Shown piece after piece: positions 21,071-35,370 of a stretch of 64,000 nt of DNA. The translations under genes and the position numbers were made by a program. The notes beneath the pieces are model-generated. The model saw nothing but the letters and a program-made list of their open reading frames with translations, was not told where the DNA came from and ran no database searches. Where the stretch lies: NCBI RefSeq assembly GCF_024502345.1, contig NZ_JALDNN010000002.1. One strand, written 5' to 3'. Each line of letters begins with the position of its first letter. Within the stretch, counting starts at the first letter, position 1. The stretch comes from Escherichia coli (GTDB lineage: Bacteria > Pseudomonadota > Gammaproteobacteria > Enterobacterales > Enterobacteriaceae).

Positions 21071-23084
21071 GATAACGAGCTTTTCCATTAGGCAGCTGTT
21101 AGCAAATCACGCCTCCTATCAGATCCCTATGTATCAGCGTAACTATGCGTGGGAAAAAGGCGAAATTGATCAGCTGATTCAGGATGTTGTTGATTATCAA
21201 GTCCAAAAAAAGCCTTACTACATCGGCAGCTTAGTGGTGTATCCACGGGATAATCAGCTATTTGAAGTGATTGACGGCCAGCAACGCTTTACCACGCTCA
21301 CGCTAATTGCTTTATGTTTGAAGCACTTCAGCATGTTGGCTGAAAAAGAAGGGACAACGTCTGTTAATAAAGTTGACATGAGTTGGTATCAAACGCCTAA
21401 TTTATGCTTTGAAAGCCGCGCTAACTCAACCCTCACCCTTGAAAAAATAACAGCCTTTAGCGCCTCTACTGCTAAGCATTTGTCACTAGATCCAGCCGAT
21501 ATTAATCAGTGCAACAGCGCTATTTTAAATGGCTTTAACTTGGTGCAGCAGGCGTTATCTGAGCTTGCTAAACAGCATGACCTACATCAGTTTTGTGAGT
21601 ACTTATTTGATTGGGTAAAAATCACCCGCGTCCCCGTTCCCCACGACACTGATTTAACCCATTACTTTGAGGCGATGAATAATCGCGGGGAACAGCTAGA
21701 AAAACACGAAGTGCTAAAAGCCAGAATGCTCTCTGTGCTGCAAGATGCCAGCCACCAACACCCTGAGAATAAAAGCGCGCAGGAAGTGCTCAATAAAGTG
21801 TGGAATGCCTGCGCCAATATGGAGCGTTATGTGCAGTTTGGCTTTAACCCCATCGAGCGCCAGCAGATCTTTGGCAATGAGTGGCAAAAATTTACCGCTA
21901 ACAGCTTTACTGAGCTTCATCACGCGCTAATAGCCCCTGAAAACAGAGCAGCCAACACCACAGTCGACACTCATAGTGATGAGCCAGCCGCCAAATCACT
22001 GGCTGAAATGTTGAACACACCTTATACCGATAAACAGGCAGAAACAGATAAAAATCAACCATCGCCTGAACGCTTTAACAGCGTGATTAATTTTTCTAAC
22101 TTTTTATTGCAGGTCTTAAGGGTTTACAGCCAAAAAGACATTTCTTTGGACGATAAGCAGTTAATTGATCAGTTCGAAACGCATATTTTGCACGCAGACG
22201 AGGCAGCAGAAAAAGTTAAAGCGTTTGTGTTTGCCTTATTAAAATCCAAATACCTATTTGATCACTACGTGATAAAACGCGATGCGACGGCTCAGGACAA
22301 GTGGGGCATCAAGCAATTAAAACGCTATGAGCGCAATAGCCAAAGCTACGTCAATACCTTTGCCCAAAACGATCAGCCTGATACCACTCACTCGCAATTA
22401 AATCAGCGCATTGTTTTATTACTAAGCGCCTTTCATGTCTCTACGCCCACCATGAACTACAAGCACTGGTTAACCGGCGTTTTGCATATCCTGCATCAAC
22501 TGCACGCCAAGCAACTCGATGCAGACAACTATTTAAAGGCACTCGAAAAGCTCGCCAGAAGCTTTATCTATGGGCGTTATTTGGCTAAAACAGCGGCTGA
22601 TTATTACACACTGATTTTTGATAACCCGAAGGGCTATCAACCCTTAGCGGACACGTGTTTTTTACGGTGTCGCTTGCGCTATGGTTCGATTAAAAACAAC
22701 TTTGTATTTAACTATTTAGATTATTTGCTGTGGTGCACCACCCAAGATAAGGACCTGGTGTATCGTGAGTTTGAATTTAGTTTTAGAAGCTCGGTCGAGC
22801 ATTTCTACCCACAAGATCCCTACTCTGGCGAACCATTAGAGGATGGGCCTTTGCATAGTTTTGGTAACCTATGCCTAATTAGCCACAGCAAAAACTCTAA
22901 GCTCAGCAACTACCAACCCACGGCTAAAAAAGAGCACTTTCAAGCAGCCAGCACCCAAGGCAAAATCGACTCACTCAAGCTGTATGAAATGACTCGGGTT
23001 AAAGTATGGGATGCAGATGCTATCCACAAGCATGAAACCCAAATGCTGGGATTGTTTATTAAGGATTCTGAGGGAGAAAAATGA
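21054..23084 (+). CDS. GmrSD-like type IV restriction / DUF262-DUF1524 protein
   Basis: 676 aa; N-terminal DUF262 signature (...VIDGQQRFTTLTLI...), C-terminal DUF1524-like His-Me region (...SVEHFYPQDP...). Confidence 0.75.
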   Translation: MSNPNKITSFSIRQLLANHASYQIPMYQRNYAWEKGEIDQLIQDVVDYQVQKKPYYIGSLVVYPRDNQLFEVIDGQQRFTTLTLIALCLKHFSMLAEKEGTTSVNKVDMSWYQTPNLCFESRANSTLTLEKITAFSASTAKHLSLDPADINQCNSAILNGFNLVQQALSELAKQHDLHQFCEYLFDWVKITRVPVPHDTDLTHYFEAMNNRGEQLEKHEVLKARMLSVLQDASHQHPENKSAQEVLNKVWNACANMERYVQFGFNPIERQQIFGNEWQKFTANSFTELHHALIAPENRAANTTVDTHSDEPAAKSLAEMLNTPYTDKQAETDKNQPSPERFNSVINFSNFLLQVLRVYSQKDISLDDKQLIDQFETHILHADEAAEKVKAFVFALLKSKYLFDHYVIKRDATAQDKWGIKQLKRYERNSQSYVNTFAQNDQPDTTHSQLNQRIVLLLSAFHVSTPTMNYKHWLTGVLHILHQLHAKQLDADNYLKALEKLARSFIYGRYLAKTAADYYTLIFDNPKGYQPLADTCFLRCRLRYGSIKNNFVFNYLDYLLWCTTQDKDLVYREFEFSFRSSVEHFYPQDPYSGEPLEDGPLHSFGNLCLISHSKNSKLSNYQPTAKKEHFQAASTQGKIDSLKLYEMTRVKVWDADAIHKHETQMLGLFIKDSEGEK

Positions 23085-23377
23085 GTAACGTCGGCCAGCG
23101 TGAACGCATGACCCAACAGCGCATTGTTGAGCTGTTTCAAACGGATTTAGGCTACCGCTATTTAGGTAACTGGGAATACCGCGATAACAATAAAAACATA
23201 GAAGTTGAGCTACTAACGAGCTGGCTGAAAAAGCGCGGCATAAGCGAGGCGCTGATTAATCGCGTGATTCGTCAGCTAGACAGCGCAGCGGCGCTGGGCG
23301 AAGGTAAAAAGCTCTATTACGCCAACAAAGAGGTTTATCGCCTGCTGCGTTACGGCGTGAAAGATAAAGAAGGTGCT
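23081..23377 (+). pseudogene. hsdR: type I restriction enzyme HsdR, N-terminal part (gene split by IS30)
   Basis: MSNVGQRERMTQQRIVELFQ...; frame continues in phase across the IS30 insertion to 24599. Confidence 0.85.
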
Positions 23378-24598
23378 TGTAGATTCAATCTGTCAATGCA
23401 ACACCCCTTTCAATTATCTCTTTCGGTGTTTTGAACTTCAGTGTCTTTCTCGGTCTGTTGTTTAGCTGAGCAGCAACCAGATCTAGTTCATGTTGAGTAT
23501 ATTGGGCAAGACATGTCTTTTTAGGAAAGTACTGCCGAATTAGCCCATTTGTGTTCTCATTTGTTCCCCGCTGCCAAGGACTCTGAGGATCGCAGAAGTA
23601 AACTTTAACGCCGGTGCTGACAGTAAATTCTAGATGTCTGGCCAGTTCCATTCCTCTGTCCCATGTCAGTGATTTTCTGAGTTCTGACGGTAAACTCAGG
23701 AATTTGTCGGTAAGAGCCTGATTTACTGAGACAGAATCTTTGCCCCTGAGTCTAAGGATGATCGTATAACGTGATTTTCGGTCTACAAGTGTGGCTATAT
23801 GAGAGTTTTTTGTACCTGAGACTAAATCGCCCTCCCAATGCCCCAGAGAGCGTCTGTTATCGATATTTCGGGAACGTTCGTGAATTGGTGTTCCGTTCAC
23901 TATGTTAATCGTACCTCTTTCGCCTTTGCGGGTATGACGCCTGCCATGGCGAAGGCTATGCGACCGTCGCAGATGCTGTATATTCAGGTGGTGTAGCGCT
24001 TCACGGCTACGAAAGTACAGCGTTTTATAAATTGTCTCAGGTGATATTCGCAGCGTTTTTTGACGTGGTTTTGTTCGCCTTAACCATCCTGATATTTGCT
24101 CTGGAGACCATTTCATCTCCAGCTTTTCCAGAACAAGCTTTCGCAATGGTAAATTTTGATCCAGTAAGCACGGTTTTGGCCTTTTCGCCATTCTGTTGGC
24201 TCGGTTATTAGCATCAACAGCTTTGTAATAGCGTCTGCCCCGATTACGCTGAACTTCACGTGAGATCGTCGAAGGACTGCGATTCAGCGCAGTAGCTATC
24301 GCACGAATGCTCATTTTGGCTGACAAACCAGCTCGTATCTCCTCGCGCTCAGACAGTGTCAGGTGAGCTACAGCCCGCTTACGCTCATGGGGTTTTATGC
24401 CGCCAGTATCCCTTAACATAGTGAAGATCGTTCCGGGTTTTGAACCCAGGATATTCGCTATTTCACTGAAGCCTGTTCCGTTCTTCCATAGTTCAAAAAC
24501 AGAGGCTTTTTCCTCTGCTGTAAATGTTCGTCTCATTCAAAAAACCTCCGCAACCCCATGTTTTCACATAACTGTTGCGTTGACCAATTGAATCTACA
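23378..24598 (-). mobile_element. IS30 copy 2 (1221 bp) inserted in hsdR with 2-bp target duplication CT
   Basis: IS30 IRs at both ends; ct at 23376-23377 and 24599-24600. Confidence 0.95.
23385..24536 (-). CDS. IS30 transposase
   Basis: 383-aa ORF identical in the track to copy 1. Confidence 0.95.
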   Translation of the reverse strand: MRRTFTAEEKASVFELWKNGTGFSEIANILGSKPGTIFTMLRDTGGIKPHERKRAVAHLTLSEREEIRAGLSAKMSIRAIATALNRSPSTISREVQRNRGRRYYKAVDANNRANRMAKRPKPCLLDQNLPLRKLVLEKLEMKWSPEQISGWLRRTKPRQKTLRISPETIYKTLYFRSREALHHLNIQHLRRSHSLRHGRRHTRKGERGTINIVNGTPIHERSRNIDNRRSLGHWEGDLVSGTKNSHIATLVDRKSRYTIILRLRGKDSVSVNQALTDKFLSLPSELRKSLTWDRGMELARHLEFTVSTGVKVYFCDPQSPWQRGTNENTNGLIRQYFPKKTCLAQYTQHELDLVAAQLNNRPRKTLKFKTPKEIIERGVALTD

Positions 24599-27396
24599 CT
24601 GGCCATCTTAATGAAACCGTGTGGCTGATTGACTGGAAAAATCCAGAAGCAAACGATTTTGCCATTGCCGAAGAAGTCTCTATCAAGGGTGAAAACAAAA
24701 AATGCCCAGACATAGTGCTGTATGTCAATGGTATCGCTCTAGGTGTGATTGAGCTGAAACGCTCTTCGGTGTCTGTCTCTGAGGGTATTCGCCAGAACCT
24801 CGATAACCAAAAGAAAGATTTTATCCGTAACTTCTTCACCACCATGCAATTGGTGATGGCGGGTAACGACACGCAAGGCTTGCGTTACGGCACGATTGAA
24901 ACCCCGGAGAAGTATTATCTTGAATGGAAAGAAGAGATAGAGAACGGGTATAGCCATAAGCTCGACTTTCACCTGAGCCGCGTATGCAATAAAGCGCGTT
25001 TTTTACAGATCATCCACGATTTTATTGTTTTCGATGCGGGTATTAAAAAGACCTGTCGTCACAATCAGTTCTTTGGTATTGAAGCGGCAAAACGCCATAT
25101 CGCAAGGCGTGAAGGCGGCATTATTTGGCATACGCAAGGTTCTGGCAAAAGCCTCACTATGGTGTGGCTGGCCAAATGGATACGTGAAAATGTCAAAGAC
25201 GCCCGTGTATTGATCGTGACCGATCGTACCGAGCTGGATGAGCAGATAGAAAAAGTATTCACCGGTGTTGAGGAAGATATTTATCGCACCAAAAGCGGTG
25301 CCGATTTGGTGGCGACGCTCAATCAGCCCAACCCTTGGTTGGTATGCTCTTTAGTCCATAAATTTGGTCGGCAGTCTGATTCGGAAAACGATACCGCGAC
25401 GGATGAGTTTATTGCCGAGTTAAAGAAATCCCTACCATCGGACTTTAAAGCCAAAGGTGACCTATTCGTATTTGTTGATGAATGCCACCGTACTCAATCG
25501 GGCAAGTTGCACGAAGCGATGAAGTCCATTCTGCCAGAAGCCATGTTTGTCGGCTTCACCGGCACCCCCTTGATGAAGAAAGACAAGAAAAAATCGGTTG
25601 AGGTATTTGGCCCTTACATTCACACCTATAAGTTTGATGAAGCTGTGGCCGATGGCGTTGTGCTCGATTTACGCTACGAAGCACGAGACATCGACCAAAA
25701 TGTCACGTCGCAGAAAAAGGTCGATGAATGGTTTGAAGCCAAAACTCGCGGCTTATCTCGATTAGCGAAAACCCAGTTGAAACAGAAATGGGGCACCATG
25801 CAAAAGGTGCTGTCCAGTAAATCGCGTTTGCAGCAGATTGTGAATGATATCTTGCTGGATATGGACACTAAGCCACGCCTGATGGATGGCTACGGCAATG
25901 CCATGTTGGTCTGCTCTAGTGTCTATCAAGCTTGTAAAGCTTATGAAATGTTCAGCCAAACAGATTTAGCCGGCAAGGTGGCTATTGTCACCAGTTTTCA
26001 GCCGACCGCTGCGAGCATTAAAGGGGAAGAAACCGGTGAAGGCTTAACGGAAAAGCTCTTTAAGTACGATATTTACCGCAAAATGCTTGCGGATTACTTC
26101 GAGCAACCGGAAGACAAGGCCGCTAACCGAGTTGAAGAGTTTGAAAAAGAAGTTAAAAAACAATTTATTGATGAGCCAGGGCAAATGCGCTTGCTCATCG
26201 TGGTCGATAAGTTGCTGACTGGCTTCGACGCCCCTTCGGCTACCTATTTGTATATCGACAAACAGATGGCTGATCACAATCTGTTTCAGGCCATTTGCCG
26301 CGTGAACCGCTTGGATGGCGATGATAAAGAATACGGTTACATCATTGACTACAAAGATCTGTTCCGCTCGTTGGATAAAGCGATTTCTGATTATACTCAA
26401 GGCGCATTTGATGGTTATGACAAGGAAGACGTTGCAGGGCTGCTGAAAGATCGTTTAGAGCAAGCCAAGCTCGATTTGGATAATGCGCTGGAAATGGTGC
26501 GCGCCTTGTGTGAGCCGGTAAAAGCGCCACGCAACACGGAAGACTACATTTATTATTTTTGTGGTAAGTCAGGTCTGAACCAAGACGAGCTCACCGAGAA
26601 AGAAGCACTGCGTTTAACGCTTTATCAGAACGTTGCCAAACTGCTGCGTGCGTTCGCCAATATCGCCAATGAAATGCCTGATGCAGGCTATTCTGCGCAA
26701 GATGTAGACTCGATAAGAACAGAAGTGGCTCATTTTGAAAAAGTCCGTGACGAAGTAAAACTGGCCAGTGGCGATTTGGTAGAAATGAAACGCTTTGAGC
26801 CTGCGATGCGCCATTTGTTAGATATGTATATTCGTGCGGATGACAGCGAAGTACTGATGGATTTTGAAGAGCTGGGGCTTATTGAGCTCATTGTCGAAAA
26901 AGGCGCTGATGCCGTGGAGGCTTTGCCTGATAGTATTCGCAAGAATCAGGAAGCCATGGCCGAAACCATCGAAAATAACGTGCGTAAAACCATCGTTGAT
27001 GAAAACCCGGTTAACCCCAAGTATTACGAGCAAATGTCGGTGTTATTGGATGAGCTGATTGAGCTTCGTCGCCAAAAAGCGATTGAATATCAAGAGTATT
27101 TGGAAAAAATCCGCGAGCTGTCTCGTAAGGTTATACGTCCGGAGCAGACAGCGGCTAACTATCCGCCATCGATGGACTCTAATCCAAAACGCGCGTTTTA
27201 CGATAATTTTGGTCAAGATGAATTGCTGGCTACCAAAATAGATAGTGCCATTCGTTATACCAAAAAAGCGGATTGGGTCGGAGATCGCTTTAAGGAGCGA
27301 GAAATTGCCAATGCGGTGCGAGAAGAAACGACGGGGTATGAGGTGGATATTCAGGGTGTAATGGAATTGGCAAAAGCGCAAAAAGAGTACCATTGA
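24599..27396 (+). pseudogene. hsdR: HsdR C-terminal part (nuclease and SF2 helicase domains)
   Basis: PD-(D/E)xK-like ...PDIVLYVNGIALGVIELKRS..., Walker A ...HTQGSGKSLT..., DECH box ...FVFVDECHRTQ... Confidence 0.85.
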
Positions 27397-28109
27397 TGCC
27401 TAAGGTAGAAATTGGTTCTATTGCGATGCAGTTAAATCGTAAGGCAATTAAAAACCTTCATATCAGCGTGTTGCCACCTGATGGGCGTGTGCGTGTTTCT
27501 GCTCCTGAATCTATGACAGAAACCGCAATCCGTATGGCAGTGATCAGCCGCATTCCTTGGATCAAGAAACAGCAGAGTGTTTTTGCCAAACAACCTCGCC
27601 AATCTGATCGAGCAATGGTTAGCGGTGAATGTCATTACCTGTGGGGCAGGCGTTATCGTCTGAATCTTATCGAGCGTTCCGGAAAGCATGAAATCAAGCT
27701 AGGTCGTGGTCGATTGCATTTATATGTCAATCCCGCAACAACGCTTGAGAACAAGGCACTGGTACTGAACTCATATTATCGAGATGCACTTAAAACGCGA
27801 ATCGCTGAGTTATTGCCTGTTTGGGAAGATAAGATCGGCGTTAAAGCTGTAGATTGGGGAATTAAAAAGATGAAAACCAAGTGGGGCAGCTGCAATATTC
27901 AGGCAAAGCGCATTTGGCTAAATTTAGAGCTTGCTAAAAAGCCACCGGAGTGTTTGGAGTACATCCTAGTGCATGAATTGGTGCACTTGCTTGAGCGTAA
28001 TCACAATGAACGCTTCAAGGGGTATATGGACAAGCTACTTCCCGATTGGCGAGAGCGCAGAGATTTGTTGAAGCGGATGCCCTTGGCGCACAACGATTGG
28101 GTGTACTAG
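27393..28109 (+). CDS. DUF45/M48-family zinc metallopeptidase (YgjP-like), commonly linked to hsdR
   Basis: 238 aa; HExxH motif ...ILVHELVHLLERNH...; 4-bp overlap with hsdR stop. Confidence 0.75.
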   Translation: MMPKVEIGSIAMQLNRKAIKNLHISVLPPDGRVRVSAPESMTETAIRMAVISRIPWIKKQQSVFAKQPRQSDRAMVSGECHYLWGRRYRLNLIERSGKHEIKLGRGRLHLYVNPATTLENKALVLNSYYRDALKTRIAELLPVWEDKIGVKAVDWGIKKMKTKWGSCNIQAKRIWLNLELAKKPPECLEYILVHELVHLLERNHNERFKGYMDKLLPDWRERRDLLKRMPLAHNDWVY

Positions 28110-28452
28110 GAAAATTATGCAGAGTTTGCATGGTTAGCCTGATTATGTATGTGGCGCGTAATTTGAGATAAACTTGATAGTAAAAGCGGGAAATGGATTT
28201 CATTTCTCCGATATTTTGCTCAGGTGCTGTCGCTAAAAGTGTCAAGATTCTATCTTTACGCTTGGCGGCCAATACTCCCGCAGTACCTACCCAGAAAATA
28301 GCCAATATTGGGATCAACTTAACAGTTTTGGCTTTGTTTATTATAAAAACCAGCACTTTCAATTAGTTGAATGGTTTATTCGCTAGTTTATGTGAACTAC
28401 CATTTTGAGAGGGCTGAAAGTTGCTCGATTACTTAAAAATAACTTTACCTAA

Positions 28453-29646
<1,194 letters not shown>

Positions 29647-29739
29647 CTAATTGGTGTAAAAAAATGGGCGCAACAAAGCGCCCCAACAATAGAGTTTCAA
29701 ATTAATAAAAAGGTAATAAATAACATGAAGTTAAATTGA

Positions 29740-29764
29740 GAAGAGGCAATTTTATTGCCTCTTC
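29740..29764 (-). terminator. candidate intrinsic terminator downstream of the porin gene
   Basis: Perfect hairpin gaagaggcaat-ttt-attgcctcttc 3' of the minus-strand stop; a second IR (atatgcggg...cccgcatat) lies at about 29790-29830. Confidence 0.4.
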
Positions 29765-29839
29765 AAAGGTGGCATGAGGGTGCCACCTATATGCGGGCAG
29801 TGACATCACTCCCTTCCCGCATATTCTTACCTACCAAAA

Positions 29840-30952
29840 TTAGAATTGGTAGGTCATACCAACAGCAACGATGTTGTCGGTTGCAACGCCAGATTTTTTG
29901 GTAAAATCACTTTCATCGATCAGGTTGATCTTATAGTCAACGAAAGTGGACATATTCTTGTTAAAGTAATAAGTCGCGCCCACGTCGATGTATTCAACCA
30001 GATCCTGGTTACCGAACGCACCAATATTTTCACCGCGAGAGTGTAGGTAAGCGATGGACGGACGCAGGCCGAAATCAAACTGGTATTGAGCAACGGCTTC
30101 AAAGTTTTTCGCCTTGTTCGCGATATGGTCATCACCGAAGACTGTCATATTCTGAGTTTCAGAATAAGTTGTAGCCAGGTAAATGTTGTTTGCATCATAT
30201 TTCAGGCCCGTAGCCCATACTTCAGCAGTTTTACCAGAGGCATTCAGAGGGCTGGCTTTAGCATAGGATACCTGTCCATCAGTACGGTCAGATTTTGCAT
30301 AGGTTGCAGCAACGCCAAATCCTTCATAATCGTAAGTAGCTGACAGACCAAAGCCATCACCATTAGATTCAACTTCGTCGCGGCCTTTCCAGTTGTTCGC
30401 TTTTGCAGCACTATCATTTTTACCTTGATACTGCAAAGCAAAGTTCAGACCATCAACCAAGCCGAAGAAATTATTGTTACGATAGGTCGCGACGCCAGTA
30501 GCACGCTGGGTCATAAATACATCAGTCTGAGTCCAGGTATCTCCACCAAACTCCGGCAGCACGTCAGTCCAAGCGCCAACATCATAAGCTACACCGTAGT
30601 TGCGACCATAGTCGAGCGAACCATAATCGCCAAAGCGAAGCCCTGCAAACGCAAGACGAGTTTTATCTTTATCAGAACCTTCAGTTTCAGAACGGTTACC
30701 TTTAAATTCGTACTCCCACTGACCAAAACCGGTTAACTGGTCATTAATCTGAGTTTCACCTTTGAAACCCATACGAGCATAAGTTTTATCCCCGTCATCA
30801 CTAGCTGAAGAAGAGAAGTAATGCTTTGCATTAACTTTGCCGTACAGATCCAGTTTGTTACCGTCTTTGTTATAGATTTCTGCCGCTTGTGCAGACATTG
30901 CCATCAGGACTGATGCTGCAACCGCAGAAAGTGCCACTGTGATTTTTTTCAT
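29840..30952 (-). CDS. general outer-membrane porin (OmpC/OmpF/PhoE family)
   Basis: 370 aa; signal peptide [23 protein letters not shown]; [17 protein letters not shown]... and C-terminal ...VAVGMTYQF. Confidence 0.9.
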   Translation of the reverse strand: MKKITVALSAVAASVLMAMSAQAAEIYNKDGNKLDLYGKVNAKHYFSSSASDDGDKTYARMGFKGETQINDQLTGFGQWEYEFKGNRSETEGSDKDKTRLAFAGLRFGDYGSLDYGRNYGVAYDVGAWTDVLPEFGGDTWTQTDVFMTQRATGVATYRNNNFFGLVDGLNFALQYQGKNDSAAKANNWKGRDEVESNGDGFGLSATYDYEGFGVAATYAKSDRTDGQVSYAKASPLNASGKTAEVWATGLKYDANNIYLATTYSETQNMTVFGDDHIANKAKNFEAVAQYQFDFGLRPSIAYLHSRGENIGAFGNQDLVEYIDVGATYYFNKNMSTFVDYKINLIDESDFTKKSGVATDNIVAVGMTYQF

Positions 30953-31502
30953 TTTTTTTCCTTTAGATTGAACTTTTCAACAGAAAAGAAGTCACTTAGG
31001 GAAGATGTTTATCTTTTTTTGATTTGCATTTCAAGTTTTTTAAATAAATATCGAGATATTTTCGTTATCATGATCACGAAAACACTGATGTAGCCCCCTG
31101 AAACACCGGACAGTAGCTGTATCTCCAGATAAGAGATAGGCTTGAATATATGTCTAACACTAACGCCAATTTTGAGATGACCGGGATCCTGTTAGGGCAA
31201 GAAGTCCGTAAACGTAAAACTCCTCAGGAGAAGATCGCCATTATCCAGCAGACGATGGAGCCGGGTATGAATGTCTCCCATGTCGCCCGCCTGCATGGTA
31301 TCCAGCCCAGCCTGCTGTTTAAGTGGAAGAAGCAATATCAGGAAGGCAGCCTCACCGCCGTTGCGGCTGGAGAGGAAGTCGTTCCTGCTTCTGAGCTTAC
31401 TGCTGCTCTGAAGCAGGTCCGGGAGCTTCAGCGCCTTCTGGGCAAGAAAACGATGGAAGTTGAGATCCTGAAAGAAGCCGTGGAGTACGGTCAGTCGCGA
31501 AA

Positions 31503-33024
<1,522 letters not shown>

Positions 33025-33321
33025 CTAATTTTTCAATTCAGTATTCGACATACTCAGACCATCTTTAGACATCATTGATTATATTTCCTTCAATGAAGGG
33101 CTTCCTCGCTATATTACCAACAAGATTGGTTGAAACTCCATCAAAAGCCTCACCAATAACTCAGCCTACACGAGGGATCGTTTTACCTGAGTTAATTGCA
33201 CCTTTATCACCAAATTTAGCGAGTAGTCTGCAACTTATATATAATAACTCCGTTAAATGAATATCCAGACTGTGAATTGCTTACTTTACCTCATAACTGA
33301 GCGTATAAGCAGACGGTTCCT

Positions 33322-33948
33322 TCAGGTCAACCTGCTTTGATAAGTGCGAACTGCAGTGTTCAGTTCATTAACATAGCGCTCAAATTCACCGACGGCATAC
33401 ATCAGAAACCGATCATCCATAAGTATGTCATTAAACATGTTAATTGACACACCGGCGTTCTCAGCCATCGCACGAGGAATAGCACGCAGGAGAGGTTTTT
33501 CATATTCAGTTTTTTTTGTTTTTTTACAGGAAAGAGTCTTATAATCTTCTGCAACACCATCGCTATGAGCCATGATGTTTCGGATAACAGCCAGGTGATC
33601 GACATCCTTGATGCTTTTACCGCCGAAGTTGCGCTTGAGACGCTTGTGGCAATCTTCAATGGTCTTGCGCGTTTTGTCTGTGGTCTTGCTTGAAAGGTCG
33701 TCCATTAGTGCGAGGCAATCAACCATACGGTGTTCGAACAGACCAAAAATGGTAAGAAATACGGAGCGGCGGGTCAGCTGCACGATCAGATGTTTGTATT
33801 CAGACCTAACTTCATCTTCATCATAGCCAAAGCACGAACCGCATGAATAGTAAGTACTTGGAAGCGTTGTAATTCGACCATCTTCATGATGTTGTTCATC
33901 CGGAAATTCCCCAGACTCAACGGCTTCTGGCTTATCAGCATCAATTAG
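33322..33948 (-). pseudogene. C-terminal fragment of a HEPN-like domain protein, 5'-truncated by IS26
   Basis: Non-IS part of the chimeric 405-aa track ORF; R-x4-H motif in ...HLAVIRNIMAHSDG... Confidence 0.45.
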
Positions 33949-34768
33949 GGCACTGTTGCAAATAGTCGGTGGTGATAAACTTATCATCCCCTTTTGCTGA
34001 TGGAGCTGCACATGAACCCATTCAAAGGCCGGCATTTTCAGCGTGACATCATTCTGTGGGCCGTACGCTGGTACTGTAAATACGGCATCAGTTACCGTGA
34101 GCTGCAGGAGATGCTGGCTGAACGCGGAGTGAATGTCGATCACTCCACGATTTACCGCTGGGTTCAGCGTTATGCGCCTGAAATGGAAAAACGGCTGCGC
34201 TGGTACTGGCGTAACCCTTCCGATCTTTGCCCGTGGCACATGGATGAAACCTACGTGAAGGTCAATGGCCGCTGGGCGTATCTGTACCGGGCCGTCGACA
34301 GCCGGGGCCGCACTGTCGATTTTTATCTCTCCTCCCGTCGTAACAGCAAAGCTGCATACCGGTTTCTGGGTAAAATCCTCAACAACGTGAAGAAGTGGCA
34401 GATCCCGCGATTCATCAACACGGATAAAGCGCCCGCCTATGGTCGCGCGCTTGCTCTGCTCAAACGCGAAGGCCGGTGCCCGTCTGACGTTGAACACCGA
34501 CAGATTAAGTACCGGAACAACGTGATTGAATGCGATCATGGCAAACTGAAACGGATAATCGGCGCCACGCTGGGATTTAAATCCATGAAGACGGCTTACG
34601 CCACCATCAAAGGTATTGAGGTGATGCGTGCACTACGCAAAGGCCAGGCCTCAGCATTTTATTATGGTGATCCCCTGGGCGAAATGCGCCTGGTAAGCAG
34701 AGTTTTTGAAATGTAAGGCCTTTGAATAAGACAAAAGGCTGCCTCATCGCTAACTTTGCAACAGTGCC
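33949..34768 (+). mobile_element. IS26 copy 2 (820 bp), no TSD
   Basis: 14-bp IRs; flanks tcaattag vs gctttttt. Confidence 0.97.
34012..34716 (+). CDS. tnpA: IS26 transposase Tnp26
   Basis: Same sequence as copy 1 in the track. Confidence 0.97.
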   Translation: MNPFKGRHFQRDIILWAVRWYCKYGISYRELQEMLAERGVNVDHSTIYRWVQRYAPEMEKRLRWYWRNPSDLCPWHMDETYVKVNGRWAYLYRAVDSRGRTVDFYLSSRRNSKAAYRFLGKILNNVKKWQIPRFINTDKAPAYGRALALLKREGRCPSDVEHRQIKYRNNVIECDHGKLKRIIGATLGFKSMKTAYATIKGIEVMRALRKGQASAFYYGDPLGEMRLVSRVFEM

Positions 34769-35022
34769 GCTTTTTTTAATATGTCCCGTTCGTCGGTAAC
34801 CCGCTTCAGCTCTTTCTGGAGACGGCGGATCTCGGCCTGAGCATCTGACTGTTCTTTATTAATGGAAGGATCCGGATCGTACTTCTTTATCCAGGCGTAA
34901 AGGCTGTGGGTGGTGATATCGAGACGTGTTGCAACGCTGGCAACAGAATAACCGCGATCAACAACCTGTTTGACTGCTTCAGTTTTAAACTCTTCGGGAT
35001 GACGCTTACCGCTCATGGGCAC
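34769..35022 (-). pseudogene. IS3-family OrfA, 3'-truncated
   Basis: MPMSGKRHPEEFKTEAVKQVVDRGYSVASVATRLDITTHSLYAWIKKYDPD... ends inside the IS26 IR. Confidence 0.8.
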
Positions 35023-35079
35023 CTCTCTTTAAGCCATCTTAAATGACTCGGAGGTGTCTGTTAAACCCGTGGCGATTCA
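34769..35079 (-). mobile_element. IS3-family fragment (left IR plus 5' part of orfA), truncated by IS26
   Basis: IR revcomp tgaatcgccacgggtttaacagacacctccgag resembles the IR of fragment X at 17530; OrfA-like N-terminus. Confidence 0.75.
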
Positions 35080-35330
35080 AGAGAAAGAACATTCTGAATT
35101 CATCCGCCAGTTCATCCGGGAACGGCTCTGGCAGGTAGTGCCCGCAGTCATACATGACCGACCTGATAACGTCTGGCCTTCTTCGCTCAGTAACGTTTTG
35201 TGTCCAGGACGTCAGTCTTCACAGCTGTCAAATCAACGCTATTTCATAAGGCGGCTCACGTTTTTATGTCATGAGCCGCGCTTTTCCGGCTGGAACGTTC
35301 CACCCACTCGGTCACTGTGATTTAATATGC

Positions 35331-35342
35331 TAAACCGGTTTA
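35331..35342. promoter_or_regulatory. candidate ScrR operator palindrome TAAACCGGTTTA upstream of scrK
   Basis: Perfect 12-bp palindrome about 30 bp upstream of scrK. Confidence 0.6.
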
Positions 35343-35370
35343 ATTAAGTTTAGCTTTGGAGGGTTTTAGC

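Noticed and set aside
33322-34539. 405-aa ORF as a single gene
   Set aside because: Chimeric: the N-terminal part is the antisense strand of IS26 copy 2, and only the part outside IS26 (33322-33948) is a gene fragment
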